A DNA stretch of 64,000 bases from an uncultured Elusimicrobia bacterium (lineage in GTDB: Bacteria > Elusimicrobiota > Elusimicrobia > UBA1565 > UBA9628). Position numbers and translations under genes: made by a program. Positions 40,940 to 50,424 of this stretch are shown here, in pieces (position 1 is the stretch's first letter; the number at the start of each line of letters is the position of its first letter). Where the stretch lies: the NCBI GenBank assembly GCA_964600165.1, contig CAZRIP010000004.1, positions 5,883-69,882 of the forward strand. The letters run 5' to 3'. The notes beneath the pieces are model-generated. The model had not been told where the DNA came from. It worked only from the letters and a program-made list of their open reading frames with translations, and made no database searches.

Positions 40940-41497
40940 CTACTTCTCGCCGGCCAAGCGAAGGAGATCCTTCGCTCCTTTGTTCTCCGGCTCGACCGCG
41001 AGGATGCTTCGCGCCTCCGCGGCGGCTTCCGGCTTGTCGCCGACTCCCAGGCGGGCAAGTCCGCGAAGGATGTGGGCCTCGTGATCGCTGGGCGCCAAAT
41101 AAACGGCGCGCTCGGCGGGTCTCAGCGCGCGGCGCGGCCGCGAGACGCTCAAGAACGCGCGAGCCAGATAGACTTGGGCCTTGTAGTTGGCGTCTTGCTC
41201 CCGTCCGGTCGCCTCGAGCCGCGAGAGCTCGAGGGCTCGCCGCTCGCGCAGCTTCTTGGCTTGTTTGGAGGAAAGGCCGGAACCGGCGAGTTTCCTGTCG
41301 GAATCCTTGATGATCTCGACGCAGCGGCCGAGCGCGGCGATCCAACGCGCGTCGTCCTTCTTGCTGCCGCTGATCATGGGCTGGGACTCATCGACGATCT
41401 CGAGCGGCTGGACCGGCGCGCCGGCGCGCGCGGGCGCGGAAAAAAATAAGAAGAACGCCGCGAGACTACTCGCGCAGGTTGAGAACGGCCGCCTCAT
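40940..41497 (-). CDS. Hypothetical secreted TPR-like protein
   Basis: Signal peptide MRRPFSTCASSLAAFFLFFSAPARA. The C-terminal TPR-like helices read YLARAFLSVSRP...HILRGLARLG. Confidence 0.45.
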   Translation of the reverse strand: MRRPFSTCASSLAAFFLFFSAPARAGAPVQPLEIVDESQPMISGSKKDDARWIAALGRCVEIIKDSDRKLAGSGLSSKQAKKLRERRALELSRLEATGREQDANYKAQVYLARAFLSVSRPRRALRPAERAVYLAPSDHEAHILRGLARLGVGDKPEAAAEARSILAVEPENKGAKDLLRLAGEK

Positions 41498-42506
41498 AGA
41501 CCGTGATGTTCTCTTTGACGTTGCCGTTGGCGCCGAGGATGCAGTTGGACAGGTGGACGTTGGCTCCCACCGTGACGTTGTCGAAGAGGATGCAGTTCTT
41601 GAGGTTGGCGCGCTCGGAGATCTTCGCGCGGTCGCCCACGACGGTGAAAGGGCCGATCTGCGCGCCGGCCTCGATGATCGAGCCCTTGCCGATCACGCAG
41701 GGCGAGCGCAGGATCGCCTTGGGGGAAATCTGGGTCGGGCGGTCGACCCAGACGCCCTTGCGCACTTCCTTGCCCGGGATGTTGATCTTCGCCTTGCCCT
41801 CGAGGGTGTCGATCTGGCAGCGCCGGTATTCCGCGAGATTGCCCACGTCCGTCCAATAGCCCTTCGTCTCGTAGGCGAAGATGGGCTTCTTGAGCTTGAG
41901 GAGCTTGGGCCAGAGCTGATGGCCGAAGTCGTATATCTGGTTGCGCGGGATGTAGCGGAAGACCTCGGGCTCGAAGAGGTAGATGCCCGTGTTGACCTTG
42001 TTGGAGAAGACGTCGCTCCAGCTGGGCTTTTCCATGAAGCCCTTGATCTTGCCGCCGCCGTCGGTCAGCGTCACGCCGTATTCGAAGCGCGACTAGACGG
42101 CTTTGGTCGCCATCGTGGCGAGCGAGCCCCTTCTCTTGTGAAACGCGAGCATCTCCGTCAAGTCGATATCCGATAAGCCGTCGCCCGACATCACGAAGAA
42201 CGGGCCGTCCTTGAAGAATCCTTCGACCTTCTTGATCGCGCCGGCCGTGCCGAGGAGCTTGGGCTCGAGGGAATACTGGACGTTCAAGCTCCAGCGCGAG
42301 CCGTCGCCGCAGTAGCCGCGCACTTGGTCCGCGTGCGCGTAGAGGTTGACCATGACGTCCTTGACGCCGTGCTTGAGCAGGTTGTCGAGCACGTGATGGA
42401 TGACGGGACGGTTGACGACCGGGACCATCGGCTTGGGCGTCTCATAGGTCAACGGCCGCAGCCGCGTCCCCGCCCCCGCGGCGAGGACCATCGCCTTCAA
42501 GGTCAT
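41466..42506 (-). pseudogene. NDP-sugar pyrophosphorylase (mannose-1-phosphate guanylyltransferase-like, nucleotidyltransferase plus LbH domain) interrupted by an in-frame TAG at 42093-42095
   Basis: ORFs 42093..42506 (LAAGAGTRLRPLTYETPKPMVPV...) and 41466..42074 (...GFMEKPS...LbH hexapeptide repeats) are in the same frame. They are separated only by TAG plus 6 codons (SRFEYG), which belong to the conserved core. Confidence 0.6.
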
Positions 42507-42507
42507 G

Positions 42508-43926
42508 CTAGTTCGTGGCCGGGGCGACCCACTTCTTCGCGACCTCGAGCAGCTCGTCGGTGCGCTTCTCGGAGTCAGACTCCGCGTAGACGCGCATGAG
42601 CGGCTCCGTGCCGGACGGGCGCATCAAGAGCCAGTGGTCGCCGTCGAGGATGATCTTGAGGCCGTCGATCTGGATGAGCTCCTTGATCTCGGTGCCGAGG
42701 ATCTTCTTCGGCAGCTTCTTGACGAGCTTGGTCGTGAAGATCGTCTTGTCGGGGATCGTGCGGTGGAGCTTGTAGTCGATGCGCTTGAACACGGACTTGC
42801 CGTATTTTTGCTCGACGTTCTTCCAGAGCTGCGAGGGCGTCTTGTTGAGCGTCGTGCACATCTCGAGAAACGTCAGCGCGGTCAGCAGGCCGTCGCGCTC
42901 GGGCAGGCTGCCTTTCCACGCGTAGCCGCCGGACTCCTCGCCCGCGAACGCGGCGCTGCCGTTGTTCAAGGCCTCGGCGACGTGCTTGAAGCCCACCGGC
43001 AGCTCCTCGAACTCGAGGCCCCGGGCCTTGGCGATGCGCTTGGCGATATAGCCCATCGAGACCGACTGCACGATCTTGCCCTTGAGCTTCTTGTGCTCGA
43101 TCATATACTCGACAATCATCGGGAAGACCTGGCAGGGCGTGAGGTATTTGCCCTGGTCGTCGACGAGGCCGAAGCGGTCGGCGTCGCCGTCCAATGCGAT
43201 GCCGATCATGGCCTTCTGCTTCTTGACCTCTTCCATGAGCTCCTTCAAATACAGCTCGATGGGCTCTGGGTGCAAGCCGCCGAAGAGCGGATCGCGCTTG
43301 CCGTGGATGGGGACGACGTGCTTCGACGGGATCAACTCCTCGAGCATCCCCGCCGCGGCGCCGTACATGGAGTCGACGACGACGGGCTTCTTGAGCTTGG
43401 ACTTGATCTTCGCGACGTTGACGCGGCTCTTCAAGTATTGAAGGTAGAGGTCGCGGCACGACTTCTCCTTGAAGTCGTTGCTGCGCGCCGGGGCGTTCTT
43501 GTCGATCGCGGCCTCGACGGCCTTCGTGACGTCCTCCAAGACGGCGCGGCCGTCGGCCTTGATCTTGACGCCGTTGTAGGCGGGGGGGTTGTGGCTGGCG
43601 GTCACCATGACGCCCAGGCCCTTGAACTTTCGGGTTAGATAGCTGACCGCCGGCGTGGGCAGGGTCTCCGAGAGCAGGATGGGCTCCAGCTGGTTGCCTT
43701 GGAGGACCTTCGCGATCTCGCGCGCGAAGGCGTCCGATTGGAAGCGGCGGTCGTAGCCGACGACGATCGGGCCCATGATGAGCTTCTTCTTCTCTTTATC
43801 TTCGAGGTTCTTGACGTAGTCGGCGATCGCCTGCGCGACGCGGCGGACGTTCTCGAACGTGAAATCGCGAGCCATCACGCCGCGCCAGCCGTCCGTGCCG
43901 AACTTGATCTCTTGGATTTTCTCCAT
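42508..43926 (-). CDS. Phosphomannomutase/phosphoglucomutase (alpha-D-phosphohexomutase)
   Basis: GTDGWRG at the N-terminus and the active-site TASHNPPAYNG. Confidence 0.85.
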   Translation of the reverse strand: MEKIQEIKFGTDGWRGVMARDFTFENVRRVAQAIADYVKNLEDKEKKKLIMGPIVVGYDRRFQSDAFAREIAKVLQGNQLEPILLSETLPTPAVSYLTRKFKGLGVMVTASHNPPAYNGVKIKADGRAVLEDVTKAVEAAIDKNAPARSNDFKEKSCRDLYLQYLKSRVNVAKIKSKLKKPVVVDSMYGAAAGMLEELIPSKHVVPIHGKRDPLFGGLHPEPIELYLKELMEEVKKQKAMIGIALDGDADRFGLVDDQGKYLTPCQVFPMIVEYMIEHKKLKGKIVQSVSMGYIAKRIAKARGLEFEELPVGFKHVAEALNNGSAAFAGEESGGYAWKGSLPERDGLLTALTFLEMCTTLNKTPSQLWKNVEQKYGKSVFKRIDYKLHRTIPDKTIFTTKLVKKLPKKILGTEIKELIQIDGLKIILDGDHWLLMRPSGTEPLMRVYAESDSEKRTDELLEVAKKWVAPATN

Positions 43927-43928
43927 GG

Positions 43929-44303
43929 TTAGTTGCCTCTCCCGTAATCGTCCGCCAAGCGAACCACGTCCCAGACCTCAGGCGTCGAGACCTCGACGAG
44001 CGTCACCGGCCCGTAGCGGGCCTCGAAGCGGTGGATCGTGCGCGGCGGTATGACGAAGGCCGAGCCCGGCTTCTTGACCGATTTGCGGTCGCCGAGCTCG
44101 ACGTAAAGCCGTCCCTTGAGCAAGTAAAGCGTCTCGTGCTTGACCTTGTGGTACTGGCGGCTGAGCCTATGCCCTTTCTTGATCTCGATGAGCTTGCCCA
44201 CGTAGCGCTTGGCGCGCGCGAACCAGATCTCTCGGCCCCAGGGCTTGGGAACGACCTTGAGCTTGCCGTTCATCGTGATGAGCGCTCCATGGGGACCGGG
44301 CAT
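43929..44303 (-). CDS. Cupin-domain protein (type II mannose-6-phosphate isomerase-like)
   Basis: PWGREIWF...SRQYHKVKHETLYLLKG...IPPRTIHR. The internal start at 44273 (MNGKLKV) is equally possible. Confidence 0.55.
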   Translation of the reverse strand: MPGPHGALITMNGKLKVVPKPWGREIWFARAKRYVGKLIEIKKGHRLSRQYHKVKHETLYLLKGRLYVELGDRKSVKKPGSAFVIPPRTIHRFEARYGPVTLVEVSTPEVWDVVRLADDYGRGN

Positions 44304-44330
44304 TTAACAAAATAAAATATACTACCGGCT

Positions 44331-46505
44331 ATGGCCATGCCGGGGGCTCCTCTGCCTTTCCCGACCTTCGAGACGCCTGATGGGGCCCAGCCGCGCGCGG
44401 GCAGGCGTTTGGCCGTGAGCTTGGTCGCCCTTTCCGTCTTCATGGCCTGGCAGGCCGTCGTCGTGCGGCGCTTCGTCCGCTTGGACACGCGCCCCCCGGC
44501 CTGGGACCAGGCGGTCCATCTCGAGATCGCCCTCGATTACCGAGACGCCATCGCGCGCGGGCGCTGGAGCGACGTCTGGAACCTCGCGCCCAAGCCGGGG
44601 ATGCCGCCGTTCCCGCCGCTCTATCATTTGGCGATCATGCGGGCTTACGGCTCCAGCGACCCGGCGCACGCGGCGCTTTGGGCCAATTGGGCCTACATGT
44701 GCGCGCTCGCGCTCTCGCTCTTCGGCCTGATCTTCGAGTTCCGCCGCGACGCCGTCGCCGTGGCGGGCGTCGTCGCCTTTTGCTGCGCGCCCGCGGTGCA
44801 GTCGCTGATGACGACCCAGCTCATCGACCTCTCCGTCGTCGCCTGCGCGGCGGCCGCCTATTGGGCCCTCGTGCGCTCGGATGACTTCAAGCGCTGGCCG
44901 GGCTCCTTGGCGTTCGGCGCGCTTTTCGCCGTCGGGATGATGCACAAGTGGAGCTTCTTCAGCTACATGATCCCGGCGTATCTGCTCGCCGCCAAGGCGC
45001 TCGGCGACAAGCGTTCGCTCTGGAAGGTCCTGGCTTCGGCGGCGCTGGCGCTCGCGGGCTTCCTGCCTTGGTACGAGCGGCACGCGGGCGTCCTCGTCCC
45101 GCGGCTTTTTCAGGCGTCGAGCGACTTCGCGGTGCCGGTCTGGCATGGAGCGGCCTTTTTCAATTATCTGCTCGCTTGCGTCGACGGCTTGGGCCCCGTC
45201 TTCTGGGTTTTCGCCTGGATCGGCCTGCTCGTCCCGAATTACAAGGACAACGAGGACAAAGGCTGGCTCGTCTGGAGCTCGGTGGCGCTGTCTTACGTAT
45301 TCTGGACGATCGTGCCCAACCGCCAGCTGCGGTTTCTGCTGCCGGGACTGCCCGGCTTGGCCGTCGCGTTCTGCGGGGCGTGGCCCGACCCTCTCATCTG
45401 GACGGTGGCGGCCGTGCAGCTTGCCGTCGCGATCAACTTCGCCGGCGGGTGGATCCCCTCGTTCCCGCTCAATCTCGGCCTCGTGTCGATGACCCTGTTC
45501 CCGTCTTCCGCGCCGAAGCACGAGGATTGGAAGCTGCCCGAGATTCTGCTGGAGATCGATAAGCGCATCGACGCCTCCGCTCCTTTCGCGAACGTGACCC
45601 TCGTCGCCAACGCCCCGACCTTCAACGGACCGACGCTGACGTGGGAGCGCAAGCGTCTTGGGCTCGCGCGCGTGAACATCCGCGGCGTCAACTCGCGGCT
45701 GTGCGAGTTTTCCTCATTCGTCCTGCTCAAGGACGGCCAGCTGGGCCCGGACAGCGTGATCGGCGGTCTGCCGGAAGCAGCCAAGATCATCGGCGACAAG
45801 GACGGCTGGTTCCCGCGCGCCTACGAGGACGCCGGCCGGTGGGACTTGCCGGACGGCACGCATGCGGTTCTCTACGCGCAGCGCCGCTTCGCCGCCTCGC
45901 CTTTCAAGAGCAAGGCGACCAGTTTCGCGTTCTACGAGAACGGACCTTTCTCGGCGCAGGAGTTCAAAGCGGAACTGGGCGCCTGGAACGCCGCGCGCGG
46001 CGTCTATCCGCTGGCGCGGGTGTCGGCCTCCGAGGCGACGCTGCGCGGGTTGCGCGTCGTCCGCCCCGATCTCGAGTTCGAGGACGCCCTGCTCGTGCCC
46101 GCGGGGGACGTCAAGAAATCCGAGTGGGACGACATTCGCTTCTTACGCATGAAGAGGCTGCGCGTGCGCGGGGCCGTCATCGAGGCCAATGATCTGCGCG
46201 CGTTTATCGAGGCCAGAGCCAAAGGCTTCATAGTCTCGAAGCTCGAGCTCGACAAGACGATCAGGCTCGACGGCGCTTACAAAAACGCGTCGGTCTCGGC
46301 CGAGGCGTCCGTCGAGCTCAGGGACGCGCCGCGGCGGCTCGTCGTGTCGGTGCTCGCCGCGCGGGTGCGGGGGGCGGCGATCCCGGCGGCGCTGCTCGGG
46401 TCTTACAGCTCGTTCGTGCTGCCGCTCGAGCCGACGCCCGACCTGCCGTTTTTCGTCGACATCCCCGGCGTGACGCTCAAGGACGGGAAGCTGTCGATTC
46501 CGTGA
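44331..46505 (+). CDS. Large GT-C-like (PMT_2/ArnT-type) polytopic membrane protein with a soluble C-terminal domain of about 330 aa
   Basis: About 12 transmembrane helices in the N-terminal 390 aa. The extracytoplasmic loop-1 resembles PMT-family proteins (AWDQAVHLEIALDY). Confidence 0.5.
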   Translation: MAMPGAPLPFPTFETPDGAQPRAGRRLAVSLVALSVFMAWQAVVVRRFVRLDTRPPAWDQAVHLEIALDYRDAIARGRWSDVWNLAPKPGMPPFPPLYHLAIMRAYGSSDPAHAALWANWAYMCALALSLFGLIFEFRRDAVAVAGVVAFCCAPAVQSLMTTQLIDLSVVACAAAAYWALVRSDDFKRWPGSLAFGALFAVGMMHKWSFFSYMIPAYLLAAKALGDKRSLWKVLASAALALAGFLPWYERHAGVLVPRLFQASSDFAVPVWHGAAFFNYLLACVDGLGPVFWVFAWIGLLVPNYKDNEDKGWLVWSSVALSYVFWTIVPNRQLRFLLPGLPGLAVAFCGAWPDPLIWTVAAVQLAVAINFAGGWIPSFPLNLGLVSMTLFPSSAPKHEDWKLPEILLEIDKRIDASAPFANVTLVANAPTFNGPTLTWERKRLGLARVNIRGVNSRLCEFSSFVLLKDGQLGPDSVIGGLPEAAKIIGDKDGWFPRAYEDAGRWDLPDGTHAVLYAQRRFAASPFKSKATSFAFYENGPFSAQEFKAELGAWNAARGVYPLARVSASEATLRGLRVVRPDLEFEDALLVPAGDVKKSEWDDIRFLRMKRLRVRGAVIEANDLRAFIEARAKGFIVSKLELDKTIRLDGAYKNASVSAEASVELRDAPRRLVVSVLAARVRGAAIPAALLGSYSSFVLPLEPTPDLPFFVDIPGVTLKDGKLSIP

Positions 46506-47907
46506 GCCGGAAGATCTCGAACCGCCCGTCGTCGTAGACCGGCGGGGAGTAGCGCGACGAGACGTAGCGCGGCGCCTCGCTGTCGCGCGTGGCGAAGAAG
46601 CGCGCGCCCTCGCGGATCGTCTCCTGGAGACGGGCCTCGCTCGAGTCCGCGTGCTCTTCCCAACCCCAACCCCAGCCGCGCCGGTCCAGGAAGTAGAGAT
46701 AGAGCGCGGAGGCGCGCTCGTTGACGACGTAGAGGTCGTCGGGGCCGCTCACCTTCGCCGCCGCGCGCGCCGCGCTCGTCAGGAAAGGATAGCTCGTCTT
46801 GTACCAGTGATTGATGCGAAAGACGGCGTGGATCGGAATCGCGAGAACGAGGAGCGCGGCCCAGACCGGCGCCTTTTTAGCGAGAGAAACGGCTCCGACG
46901 CCGATGAAGGCCGCGTTGATCGGAGCGTAGGGCAACGAAGTGTACTCGTGGTAGTGCGCGTAGGCGCCGCAGGCGACGATATAGACGCACACGCAGGCGA
47001 ACCACCACGCGAAGAAGACCTTGCCGCGGCGCCGCACGAGCTCCAGCGCGCCGACCGAGCCGAGGGCCAAGCCGGCATAGGTGGCCGAGAGCTCGGGGAA
47101 GCGCGACGTAAATTGAAAGAAAACGTAATGCGGCAGGTTGCCGTAATCGAATAATTTCAGGAAGTCGCCCTCGTGCGTCGGCACCACGTAGGTTCCCGCG
47201 CTCGCGTACTTGTACCAGGCGAAAACCAGGCCGAGCGCGACGACCGGCGCGGAGAGGACGCGTGCGTCGGTCCAGGCTTTCTTGCCGAGCTTGATGTGCG
47301 CGAGGACGGCGAGGACGCCGAGAAAGTACGCGTACGGCAGCTTGTGCGCGACGGCCAGGAACGCGAACAGCACGGCCGCGGACCAATGGGCCGGCGAGCG
47401 CCCTTTCCCCAAAGCGCGGTTCCAGTGATAGAGCGAGGCGATCATCGCGAAGAGCGCGAGGGCCTCGGGCTGGATCGTGCGGCCGAAGTAGATCTCGAGA
47501 GGCAGGCAGCAGAAGACGAGCGCCGCGGCGAAGGCTTCAAGGAGCTTCGTCTCGCCGAGCTCGTCGCGCAGATATTCGAACAAATAGATCGCCGTCGCCG
47601 CGGAAAAGGCCGTCGACAGCACGCGTCCCCAGACGTCGCCCAGGCCGAAGACGCCCCAGAACACGCCGACGAGCCACATGTAGAGCGGGAACTCGGTCGC
47701 GGCGCGGCCGCGGCCCGGCCCTTCCCAATCGATCTGCGGCGAAAAGAAATGCAGGCCGTCGCGGTAGTAGTTGCGCGCGATGGCCGCGGTGTTGGTCTGA
47801 CGATGATAGTGATAGTCGAACGGAGGCGCCGTGATCCCTTTCAGGTGAAAGAGGACCGAGCAGACGAGGATCGCGGTCCAGAGGACGGGCCGGCCGCGGC
47901 GCTTCAT
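46477..47907 (-). CDS. GT-C family glycosyltransferase (ArnT/PMT family 39/83-like)
   Basis: N-terminus LFHLKGITAPPFDYHYHRQTNTAAIARNYY with about 12 transmembrane helices. It overlaps the upstream methyltransferase as ATGA. Confidence 0.6.
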   Translation of the reverse strand: MKRRGRPVLWTAILVCSVLFHLKGITAPPFDYHYHRQTNTAAIARNYYRDGLHFFSPQIDWEGPGRGRAATEFPLYMWLVGVFWGVFGLGDVWGRVLSTAFSAATAIYLFEYLRDELGETKLLEAFAAALVFCCLPLEIYFGRTIQPEALALFAMIASLYHWNRALGKGRSPAHWSAAVLFAFLAVAHKLPYAYFLGVLAVLAHIKLGKKAWTDARVLSAPVVALGLVFAWYKYASAGTYVVPTHEGDFLKLFDYGNLPHYVFFQFTSRFPELSATYAGLALGSVGALELVRRRGKVFFAWWFACVCVYIVACGAYAHYHEYTSLPYAPINAAFIGVGAVSLAKKAPVWAALLVLAIPIHAVFRINHWYKTSYPFLTSAARAAAKVSGPDDLYVVNERASALYLYFLDRRGWGWGWEEHADSSEARLQETIREGARFFATRDSEAPRYVSSRYSPPVYDDGRFEIFRLTESTASRP

Positions 47908-48899
47908 TCCTTCAACGCGTACGCCTCGATCGTGCCGCCCCGGTGGAGAAGCGCCTCGACGGCGGTCATCGCGATCGAGACCGGCAGGAGCACCGGCAGC
48001 AGCGCGAGGTGCAGCAGCGCCTGGATCGGGTGGTGGCGGATGCGGATCGTGCGCGCGCCGCGGTCCTTGAGCATCGCGTAAAGGAAGTTGTGATCGAAGC
48101 CGAGCGCGTTATAGAAGCTCTGCAGCCAGCCGTAAGGGTTTTGCTCGAAGCAGAAATGATCGAGCTGCACGATCCGAAAGCGATAGCGCGCGAGCAGCGA
48201 TTCGAGCGATTTGGGGCCGAAGTGGAAGTAGTGGCGCGGCACGTCCAAGTGGAACCAATGGCGGCCGAACAGCTTGGCCTGAAGGCTGTCGAAGTTCGGC
48301 ACGGCGACGGCGATGAGGCCGCCGTTCTTCAAGAGCTCGGCCGCGCGCTGGAGCGCGGCGGCGGGATCGGGAAAGTGCTCGAGGGTGTGCCAGAAGACGA
48401 CGGCGTTGAAGCGCTCGCGTTGATGGGGCGCGGTCAGGAAGTCGACGGTGAGGACGTCCAGGTGGAGCTTGTTGCGCGCGTGCCAGGCCGCGTGCTCCGA
48501 GAGCTCGATGCCGTGGGGCTCGTAGCCTAGCTCCCTCAAGAACCGGAGGAGATGGCCGCGACCGCAGCCGACGTCCAAGACCGGACCGCGCGGCACGCGG
48601 TGATAGAGGACGCGCGAGCGCCGGCGCTGGAAAAGCCGCGTCAAAGTCTCGAAGACCGGGTTGAAGCGGACGTTCTCTTTGCCGTAGTAATCCTGCGGGT
48701 ACCAGGCGCCGACCTCCGCGGGGGGGACCGGCGGCCACGTGCGCCCGAGCCCGCAGTCCGGGCAGCGCAGGACCTCGAAGCCGGCCTCCGCCGACGGGAA
48801 CGCCTCCTCGCCGCGGAAGGAGCCGCAGACGACGCAGCGGGGGGGCTTTTGGGCCTGGCTCGAAAGTTGGGGGGCGAAGCGCGTCGACGGGCGGGTCAC
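47904..48899 (-). CDS. Class I SAM-dependent methyltransferase with an N-terminal Cys4 zinc ribbon
   Basis: CVVCGSF...CPDCGL, then motif I VLDVGCGRGHLL. Confidence 0.7.
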   Translation of the reverse strand: MTRPSTRFAPQLSSQAQKPPRCVVCGSFRGEEAFPSAEAGFEVLRCPDCGLGRTWPPVPPAEVGAWYPQDYYGKENVRFNPVFETLTRLFQRRRSRVLYHRVPRGPVLDVGCGRGHLLRFLRELGYEPHGIELSEHAAWHARNKLHLDVLTVDFLTAPHQRERFNAVVFWHTLEHFPDPAAALQRAAELLKNGGLIAVAVPNFDSLQAKLFGRHWFHLDVPRHYFHFGPKSLESLLARYRFRIVQLDHFCFEQNPYGWLQSFYNALGFDHNFLYAMLKDRGARTIRIRHHPIQALLHLALLPVLLPVSIAMTAVEALLHRGGTIEAYALKE

Positions 48900-48917
48900 A
48901 GAAGAAGATTATACAAA

Positions 48918-49223
48918 CTACCGCTGCTTCTCGCTCCATCGGCGGAGCTTCCCGTCGATGAAGGTCAGCGTGAACAAAGAGCGCGGCCAATACGCGACGC
49001 CGGGCTTCTGCTTGTAGAGCCGGTCGTAGACCCAGAGCGCCGCGGGCCGCCCGTTGTCGACGCCGCGCTCGACGCCGTCGGGCTTGCCCCAGGCGGCGAT
49101 CACCTCGCTTTCGCGCAGGCCCTCGTGAAGGAAGACGCGGTCGGTCTTGCGCGCGGAGGTGTCGGCGCGCGGGCCGGCGCAGGCGGCGAGCGCCAGCAGC
49201 GCGGGCGCGGCCCAGAGCCTCAA
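48918..49223 (-). CDS. Small hypothetical lipoprotein (putative TTG start)
   Basis: [15 protein letters not shown]|AG lipobox after an AAGGAAG RBS. No ATG or GTG start. Confidence 0.35.
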   Translation of the reverse strand: MRLWAAPALLALAACAGPRADTSARKTDRVFLHEGLRESEVIAAWGKPDGVERGVDNGRPAALWVYDRLYKQKPGVAYWPRSLFTLTFIDGKLRRWSEKQR

Positions 49224-49719
49224 GCGAGGGCTTCCTTTAGTATCGCGGCCATCGCGGCGTCGTAGGCGACGAGCAGCACCTTTTCTGGAAGCTCGTGGCC
49301 CGCCATGTGCCGGCGGATCTCGACCACGGCGATCTTGGCCGCCTCGCGCGGAGGGTAAGCGTAGACGCCGCAGCTGATCGCGGGGAAGGCGACCGTCCTC
49401 GCGGAGATCGCGACGGCTTCCTCGAGCGAGCGCCGGTAGCAGGACGCGAGCAACTCGGCCTCGCCGCGGTTGCGGCCCGTCCATACGGGGCCGACGGTGT
49501 GGATGACGTAGCGGGCCTTCAGGCGATAGCCGCTCGTCACCTTCGCGTCGCCGGTGGCGCAGCCCTTGAGCGAGCGGCACTCATCGAGCAGGTCGCGCCC
49601 GGCCGCGCGGTGGATCGCGCCGTCGACGCCGCCGCCGCCGAGCAGCGTGGAGTTGGCGGCGTTGACGATGGCGTCGACGTCGAGCGCGGTGATGTCGGCT
49701 TGGACGACTTCAATGGGCA
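49220..49719 (-). CDS. Macro-domain protein (O-acetyl-ADP-ribose deacetylase, YmdB/MacroD-like)
   Basis: [24 protein letters not shown]...[24 protein letters not shown]...[10 protein letters not shown]. Confidence 0.8.
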
Positions 49720-49724
49720 TAGTC

Positions 49725-50084
49725 TTAGGCCGCCGAGATCCCGAGTGTCGTCGCCGCGCGATTGAGCGCCGCGTCGCGGCTGAAAAGGAGGGCATGCGCC
49801 AGATGGGCGGACGCCAGTAGGTGGACATCGACCGGGCCAAGGCCTGAGCCGCCGAGGCGGTGCCGCTCGATAAAATGAAGGATCTCGTCATGCGAGGCGA
49901 CCGGCGCCATCGGCAGCTTCGCCAACTCCGACAGGACTCTCGTCCTATGCTGGAGGTGGCCGCAAGCGATCTCTTCGATGACGAGCGGGTGGATCGCGAC
50001 GACCGCTTCGGCGATATGGCGGCTCAACGCCTCGTCCGGACGGCGCAGGTGATCGATCCAGACGGACGTGTCGACGACGATCAA
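49725..50084 (-). CDS. vapC: Type II toxin VapC (PIN domain)
   Basis: [10 protein letters not shown]... acidic PIN residues. Adjacent to and overlapping (ATGA) the upstream small antitoxin gene. Confidence 0.8.
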   Translation of the reverse strand: MIVVDTSVWIDHLRRPDEALSRHIAEAVVAIHPLVIEEIACGHLQHRTRVLSELAKLPMAPVASHDEILHFIERHRLGGSGLGPVDVHLLASAHLAHALLFSRDAALNRAATTLGISAA

Positions 50085-50305
50085 AACCGTCTCCGCCGAG
50101 GCGCTCTAAGATGCGGTTCCGTGCCGCCGAGAGCGATGAGCCGTTCGCGCGCCTTCTGCTGAATCAGAGCCTCGAGGCCCGCGTGGACCAGGGCCGTCTT
50201 CTCTTTGATCCCCGTCATTTCCATCGCCGTTTTGAGGACGTCATCTTTGAGAATGAGCGTCGTTCTCATATGCATAAGTATGCCTCCATTGTATGCTGTT
50301 GTCAA
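50081..50305 (-). CDS. vapB: Type II antitoxin VapB family
   Basis: MRTTLILKDDVLKTAMEMTGIKEKTALVHAGLEALI. About 65 aa, translationally coupled to vapC. Confidence 0.65.
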   Translation of the reverse strand: MTTAYNGGILMHMRTTLILKDDVLKTAMEMTGIKEKTALVHAGLEALIQQKARERLIALGGTEPHLRAPRRRRF

Positions 50306-50355
50306 GGATGCCCCTATTACGGATACGATCGACCCCCTGAAAAAGTTCCATCGCT

Positions 50356-50383
50356 GGAACTTTCCGAGGCCGACAGTGTCTCA
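50356..50383 (+). promoter_or_regulatory. SigmaE (ECF/RpoE)-type promoter GGAACTT-N15-GTCTCA upstream of htrA
   Basis: Match to the enterobacterial sigmaE consensus GGAACTT-N15/16-GTCTAA, 42 nt upstream of the htrA ATG. It is embedded in an 11-bp inverted repeat GAACTTTCCGA...TCGGAAAGTTC. Confidence 0.4.
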
Positions 50384-50424
50384 TCCGTTCGGAAAGTTCA
50401 GGCTCAAAAGGATAAAATACGCCC

